64,000 bases of DNA from Dehalococcoidia bacterium (GTDB lineage: Bacteria; Chloroflexota; Dehalococcoidia; Lucifugimonadales; UBA3495). The notes below the pieces were generated by a model, which saw nothing but the letters and a program-made list of their open reading frames with translations, did not search any database and was not told where the DNA came from. Both the position numbers and the translations under genes were made by a program. Below are positions 17,871-24,200 of the stretch, in pieces (within the stretch, counting starts at the first letter, position 1; every line of letters starts with the position of its first letter). The stretch is taken from contig CBDCPM010000001.1 in assembly GCA_965220265.1 (NCBI GenBank), positions 30,803 to 94,802 on the forward strand, given 5' to 3'.

Positions 17871-19097
17871 ATGGCGCTGGACCTGGGCCTAACCACATAC
17901 CAGCTGCTGTCCGCGCTGGACGGCGTGGTCGACAACGCTCAGACCCGCACCCAGCGCCTGGACGAGGCCATCAACCGGGCGCTGACCGTGCCCTCAGGTG
18001 AAGCGGCCTTCCGCACCGCCGCGGTGGGCCGTCGTCCCTACATCTCCGCCCGCACCGGCCCCGAGGGCCTGCTGAACAGCATCGCCCCGCCGGACCTTCC
18101 CGCCGACTGGACCGCGGTCTCCGTGGACGGCTCTCACATCGACGTGGACCGCCACCTGCCCCTGCGCTGCCACCTCATCAACCTCGGCGGCTGCACCATC
18201 ACCTACGGCAGAGAGTTCGGCTGCCAGCTGTTCAGCGAGCCCGCCCTGGCCGTGGACGACGACGACCTGTACCTCCGTCCTCCCGACGGGACACGCGGCG
18301 AGGCCCTGATCGCCGGCCCCCTGCTCGGCGCGCTGCGCACGGTGCGGGAGGTGAAACGCCTGGCCGACGCCATTGAGAACTTGCCCGATGACCGACCCGC
18401 GCTGGCCCTGCTGGACGGCACCCTGGCCTTCTGGGACCTGCAGCGCGGACAGTATCCCCGCCACGTCGCCGACACCCTCATCGGCGACCGTCTGCAGCCC
18501 GCCCTGGCCCGTCTGCGGGCAGCGGCCACCGACCGGCGTCCGGTGGCCGTGGCCGCCTACACCTCCCGGCCCCGCACCACCGAGGCGTCCGGCGCCGTGC
18601 GCCTCATGCTCTGCGACCAGGGCGACGCCGACTGCAACCGCCTCTGCACCGCCCGCCATTCCCAGTCGGAAACCTGCGACGGGGCGGCGGACTTCGACGA
18701 CCGTGAGCTGTTCGATCTGTTGCTGGAGCCGGGTCACCGCTCGCCCCTCTATCGTTCCAGCCACCTGGCCGCCCGCTTCGCCCTGGGGCTGGCCACCGGA
18801 CAGGAGTGGAGCCACTTCTACTACCTGAACGGCGGCACGGAGATCGCCCGCGTCGAGGTGCCCGACTGGCTGGCCGGTGATCCCGAACTCCTGGCGCTCA
18901 GCCACGCCATGCTGGTGCGGCAGTGCCAGCTGGGCCTGGGCTACCCCGTGGCCATCTCCGAGGCCCACGAGCAGGCCGTCATCACCGGCCACGACCGGGA
19001 GGAGTTTCGCCGCATGGCCCTGATGCTGCTGGAACAGCGCGGCCTGCCCACCCCCGAGTCCGCCAAGGCTTTCTCCAAGCGCCGGCCCTGGGTCTGA
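17871..19097 (+). CDS. nurA: NurA-domain 5'-3' nuclease
   Basis: 408 aa. VSVDGSHID, LALLDGTLAFWDL and GYPVAISEAHEQAVITGHDREEF fit the NurA catalytic and C-terminal motifs (DGS, DG.l, YP..l..AH..A.i). Confidence 0.7.
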   Translation: MALDLGLTTYQLLSALDGVVDNAQTRTQRLDEAINRALTVPSGEAAFRTAAVGRRPYISARTGPEGLLNSIAPPDLPADWTAVSVDGSHIDVDRHLPLRCHLINLGGCTITYGREFGCQLFSEPALAVDDDDLYLRPPDGTRGEALIAGPLLGALRTVREVKRLADAIENLPDDRPALALLDGTLAFWDLQRGQYPRHVADTLIGDRLQPALARLRAAATDRRPVAVAAYTSRPRTTEASGAVRLMLCDQGDADCNRLCTARHSQSETCDGAADFDDRELFDLLLEPGHRSPLYRSSHLAARFALGLATGQEWSHFYYLNGGTEIARVEVPDWLAGDPELLALSHAMLVRQCQLGLGYPVAISEAHEQAVITGHDREEFRRMALMLLEQRGLPTPESAKAFSKRRPWV

Positions 19098-19241
19098 TCC
19101 CCTCCTCGTTATCCGCACCCAGCCTCACGTCGGCGTCGGCCGACGATAAACCGGCGCCAACACGCGTCGCCGCTGTTCCATCGCCCGCGCCGGATGAGCG
19201 CTGGCCACCGGCGATGTTCCGCACCGGCTGGCCGCCGCCGG

Positions 19242-19442
19242 CGCCGCCGAGTTATAGGTCCCGCTGAGCTGCTGCGCCACGGTGAGACAAACCACCCGAT
19301 GTCCGTCCGCGACCAGAGACCCGAACCGTTCCGTGAAGTCCCCGGGCGTGGGCTGCGACGTGCTGGGCAGTTGCGGCGACGACCGCAGCCGCGCGTAGAA
19401 CTGGGCGGGATTGATGTCGATGCCCTGGCGGTAGGTTTCAAA
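19242..19442 (-). pseudogene. DegV-family (fatty-acid-binding) gene fragment
   Basis: The minus-strand translation FETYRQGIDINPAQFYARLRSSPQLPSTSQPTPGDFTERFGSLVADGHRVVCLTVAQQLSGTYNSAA matches the DegV N-terminal core (y.DG.di.p.eFY..l....lP.TSQPspgdf...f..l...g..vi.i.lSs.LSGTynsA). A stop codon lies immediately upstream, so about 35 N-terminal residues are missing. The sequence stops resembling DegV after about 67 aa. Confidence 0.6.
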
Positions 19443-19640
19443 TTACACGGACAGAGTCGCTGGACAACAACAAATCTCGGTCAATGACGCTGCAAATTGA
19501 CCCGAGGGCGCCGAGGTGGAGTACGCCTACCGCGCCGGCTACGACAGCCGGGGCCGGGTGTCGGCGTTTCTGGGTACACGGTGCTTTCCTACGAACTGGC
19601 TGCGCTTGGTGGCCGCCGTGCCGTGCAGCGGCCGGTGAGT

Positions 19641-20439
19641 TCATCCCATCCGCTGCGCCCGGTCGAACTCCTGCGGTGTAACGATTGCCGGGAAGGCGTT
19701 GGGCACCCTAACCGCGGTCTCGGGATTCGCCATATCCCGCTTCGCTGCCACGGCGGTGCCGCAGTAGACCTCGTTGCCCAGGATGCGGCGTACGTGCCTA
19801 GTCTCCCACCGGCCGACCGTCGGCGGGTTGGCGCCGCTGGCGTTCAGTTCCGCCGCGATCTCGAACTCGGCGGCTCCTTCGAGGCGCAGGTCGAAGATCG
19901 TCCGGACCCTCTCCAAAGCCGGTGGGTCCAGTTCCAGCTTGTAGCGACGCAAGCCCTGGTCCCGGACGACGACCTTGCGGTAGCCGTAGGGTGCCTGGGC
20001 GAACACATAGAACCCCCGTTGGGCGGCTGCCCTCATGCCGCGTCGAACCCGTTCCGAGTGGTCGCTGCGCTGGTATTCCTCGATGCCCGAGACAATTGCC
20101 GCCATGTTGTTTTCAGTAGCCATAACTAGATCCACTCCATTGGCCGCCAGCCTCGCCTGAATGCTCGTTGAGCTCGTCCGCCCTCCGGGAGATGCGGCTC
20201 AGTTCGGACACCAGCACCTTCCCGAACGGAGGCTCGGCGGCGGCGGCATCCGCCATCATTCGGAGCAACCGGCCGCGTTCCCCGCGGAGGTCGACGTACC
20301 CCTCGACCACCAGCAGGTTGTTTCGCTCGGCGTAGCTTAGAGCCACGTCGAGCTGGTTCCTGATGGACGCCATGCCATCGTCGGGCGCGCTGGCGTAGAT
20401 TGCCGCTCGTTGGGTTACGGTGTCTTGGTTTGGTGCCAT
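19641..20439 (-). pseudogene. Serine recombinase (resolvase/large-serine-recombinase type), frameshifted and C-terminally truncated
   Basis: The N-terminal fragment (ATG 20439 after AGGAGG) reads RAAIYASAPDD...LLVVEGYVDLRGERGRLLRMMADAAAAEPPFGKVLVSELSRISRRADEL. The recombinase-domain fragment (19641..20135) reads ANGVDLVMATENNMAAIVSGIEEYQRSDHSERVRRGMRAAAQRGFYVFAQAPYGYR. The two are joined only by a frame change near 20160. It ends at RAQRMG with no zinc-ribbon or coiled-coil region. Confidence 0.75.
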
Positions 20440-20545
20440 CTTTGCCACCTCCTGACCGCACCCGGCCCCACGGGGCCGGGCCTGATTTTTGGCGCCATTG
20501 GGGTTCATGCCGTTCCCGGTCGTTTTGCTGGACAACCTCCCGTTG

Positions 20546-21088
20546 CTAAGGTCCGCTGACGGTGAGTTCCGTCCGGTTGGACAGCATCCGGCCGTCACCG
20601 GTGCAGACGGCGCCGGCGGCGGTGCAGTCCGTGGTGACGGCCAGGACGATGACCACGTCGACGTCCCCGGCGGGCCGGACGTGGATCCGCCACCGCACGT
20701 TGCCAGGCGGCTCAATGCGCGGCGACCGGGTGATCTTCCCGCCCGTCACCGTGAAGGCGTGGTCCCGCAGCGTCTCGTAGCTGAAGTCCGGGTGGGGTTC
20801 CTCGCTGAACCTCAGCTCGAAGGTGAACACCGTCTCCCCGTCGTGGGGCTGGGGCACATCCAGGACGCTGGCGGTCAGGGGCGGCTTGGTGTCGTTGCCA
20901 ACCGCCTGCCCGCTGAACGACCTGCCCGCGTTGCCAGCCCGGTCCCGTATGCGGGATGCCGACGCGTCCGGCGGCGGAGTATAGCTAACTGTCACCGTGT
21001 CCCCAAAGGCCACCGCCGAGGCTAGGGTCAGGGTCACCACGCTGCCCGACACTGATACCCGGTCCACTGCCCGCTCCACCTTCGCCAC
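20546..21088 (-). CDS. Ig-like (SwmB/SbsA-type) repeat ORF lacking a credible start; probably a detached C-terminal module of the upstream giant gene
   Basis: VSVSGSVVTLTLASAVAFGDTVTVSYTPPPDASASRIRDRAGNAG is a typical bacterial Ig-like repeat. Coding-like sequence (GLFYIVSTPGTTTFRVTV) continues upstream of the first possible start codon. It is in frame with the TAG stop of the 1973-aa gene. Confidence 0.45.
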   Translation of the reverse strand: MAKVERAVDRVSVSGSVVTLTLASAVAFGDTVTVSYTPPPDASASRIRDRAGNAGRSFSGQAVGNDTKPPLTASVLDVPQPHDGETVFTFELRFSEEPHPDFSYETLRDHAFTVTGGKITRSPRIEPPGNVRWRIHVRPAGDVDVVIVLAVTTDCTAAGAVCTGDGRMLSNRTELTVSGP

Positions 21089-21229
21089 CGTTACCCTGAA
21101 GGTGGTAGTCCCAGGCGTCGAGACGATGTAGAACAGTCCCTCGATCAGGCCCGCTGCGAGGCCCGTCGGCCTCCCGCCCGTCCCGCGCCGCGTTGCCCTG
21201 TCGGCCCCGCCCGCCGTCGTCGCCGGGCG

Positions 21230-24200
21230 CTACTCGAACAGGTCGGAATGAGCGAGGTAGGCGTAGATCGAGGTCGCAAAATTGGTAGCATAGCTGACCC
21301 AGAACCGCTCCGTGCCGTCGGACCAGATGCCCAGAGGCCCGTCGAAGAAGGCCGGGCTCCCGAAATCGCCCAGGTAGACGACGAGGCTGAGGTCCTTGGC
21401 CGGCCGGCGGGCCCCGCCCGCGAGGGCGTAGGCGTACGCGACGTCATCGGTATTGTCGATGACCCAGATCGTATTCCCGTCGGACCACAGGCCTATCGGC
21501 CGGTCGTTGCCCGGGGCCAAGTCGAACTCGCTGCTTTCGTCGCGACCGCCGAAGTCGTCCCCGGCAGCCAGGTGGTAGGCGTAGAGCTTTTTGGCCCTGC
21601 CGTCGGCGACCCAGATGGTGCTGTCGTTGCCCCAGATGTCGCGCGGGTTGTCGTTGCCGCCAGCCAGGTCGATGTTGCGGGTCTCGTCGTAGCTCGTCCC
21701 GTTGGTCCTGTCGTAGGCGTAGAGCTTGTCATCTTGGTAATCGGACACCCAGATGGTGCTGTCGTTGCCCCAGACGCCGATCGGATGTGCGTTTGCACTG
21801 GTCAACACTACGTCCCGCCCTATGTCGGCGCCGGTGCTGAGGCTGTGGGCTTCAAACGTGGGGGGTGTGCTGGCGTTATTCATCCGCCAGAGCGTTTCGC
21901 CGTCGGACCAGATGGTATACGTTCTGATGTTGCTGGCGGGAACGATGTCCCGGCCTTCGTCTCGCGTCAGCAGGTTGGCGACGCGGCGGGTCAAGACCCG
22001 GTCGCGGCGAAGCGTTCCGTCCTCGGTGTGGCAGCTCGCGTTGGCGTTGAGGCAGTAGACCCAGACCTGGGACTGGCCGTCGCTCACCCACATCCGCTCG
22101 CCGTCCGACCAGAGGCCGCGCACCTCGGCCGGGAGAGACGCCAAGCCGTCTGAGGCGACTTGCAGCAGGGGCAGGTCGCGCGCCGGGTCGCGCCGGCCGC
22201 CGGCGAGGTAGTACGCCAACACCTGGGGACGGCCCGCATCGGACCAGCCCGACACCCAGAGCGTGACGCCGTTGGACCAGATGTCCCAGGGGTCGCCCTC
22301 GATGCCGGTGATGTCGAGCTGGCTCATCCGGCGCCCGTCGGCCAGGTTGTAGGCGCGCAGTTCGCCGCTGACGCCTTCCACCACCCAGAGGGTCGTCCGG
22401 TCCGACCACAGGCCGCGCGCCACGTGGCTGGGGGGCAGCAGGATCGCGCGCCCGGGCGCCAGCTCCGCCGCGCCCGTCGCCTCCGCGCGGTTGCGGAAGG
22501 AGGAGAGCCGGTAGGCCTTGATCACCTGGGATTCGTCCGCCAGCCAGAGCAGCTCGCCGTCCGACCACACCCCGGTCGGACCGAACGGCCCCAGCCGCGC
22601 CCCTTCCCGGCTGAACTCCTCGGTGAAGCGGGGTTCTTGTTCATTTCCTACCACATCAGCCCGCTCCACCCCGTGCAGGATGTCCGAGAGCGGGCGTCGG
22701 GAGCCGGTCTCGAGGTCGTAGGCATAGAGCGCGCTTATCCCGTCGTGGCTTGATAACGTCCCTTGGGAATGCAGGTACGGCGGAAAGGCGGCGGGAAGGA
22801 TGTGCGGCGCGAAGGGAATGAAGTAGTGCCGCAAGTCCCCCGAATTCACAACGACGAGCTCGATGGTGCGGGGCCAATCCGAGAGGCCGTCCGCGACCCA
22901 CAGCGTGCTCCCGTCGGACCACAGCCCGTTCGGGTGGGAGTTGCCGTAGGCGTGATGCAGAGTGAGGTCTTCGGCAACCTGCTCGGACACCGAATGCCGT
23001 CGGCCCAGGTCAATCACCCCCAGCGACTGACCCGAGATCACCTGGAGGAACGGTGCGCCGTTGTAGGTGGTCAGGCTCACCAGGGGCTCCAGCACCCGGT
23101 CCCCCAACTTCGGCGGCGTCCAGCCGGGGGCGTTGTTCCGCAGGTCCAAGGTCTTCAGCCCGGTCAGCCCGTCGAAGTCGTCCGGCCGCAGGAAGGAAAT
23201 GTTCCGGCCCGACAGGTCCAGGGAGGTGATCTTCGCCAGCTCGGCCGGCAGCGCCGAGTAGCAGGCGTCGTCCGCCGGCGTGGCCGCCAGGATGGCCGTC
23301 CGCACCTGGCCGGTCCGCTGGCAGATGTAGGCGAACCCCGTGTACCATGCGCCGTTGTAGATGGTCAGGCTCGCCAGATGCCTCAGGATGCGGTCCCCCG
23401 ACTCCGGCAGTGTCCAGCCGGGGTCGTTGTCCCGCAGGTCCAGGTAGATCAGCGCGGCCAGGTTGTCGAACACGGTCTCCGGCAGGCCGCTCAGCGAGTT
23501 CCGTTCCAGGTACAGGTAGGTCAGCGCGGCCAGGTCGTCGAACACGTCTTCCGGCAGCGCCGTCAGCGAGTTCCGTTCCAGGAACAGGAAGGTAAGGCCC
23601 CTCAGCCCGTCGAGGTCCCCCGGCCGCAGGGCGGTAATGCCACGGTTCCGCAGGTTCAGGTTCGTGATGTGCTCCAGCTCGTAGATGTCCACCGCCGCGC
23701 AGCCGGCGGCGGTGACCTCGCCTCTCGCCAGGATGGCGTCCCGCACGGCCTGGGTGCGGGAGCAGATGTCCACCGTCCGCACGTACGGTTCGCCGTTATA
23801 GGTGGTCAGGCTCAGCAATGGCCCCAGGACCGGGTCCCCCGACATGGGCAGCGGCCAGTCGGGGTCGTTGCCCCGAAGGTCCAGCGTCTCCAGGCCAGTC
23901 AGCCCGGCGAAGTCGTCCGCCTGCAGGCCGGTGATGCCCCGGGTCGACAGGTCCAGGCTCTCGATCTGCGCCAAGGACACCTCCGGCACCTGGCCGCAGG
24001 GAACGGTGTAGGGCACCTGGCCCAGGATGGCCGTCTCCACGTCGTCGGTGCGGGAGCAGATGTCCGTCCTGGTGGGCTGGGCGTAATCCTCGTTGTTGTA
24101 GGTGGTCAGGCTCACCAACAGCAGCATGACCCGGTCCTCCGCCACGGGCAGCGTCAGGGAGGCGTTGTTCCGCAGGTTCAGGTTAGTGAGAGCGGCCAGG

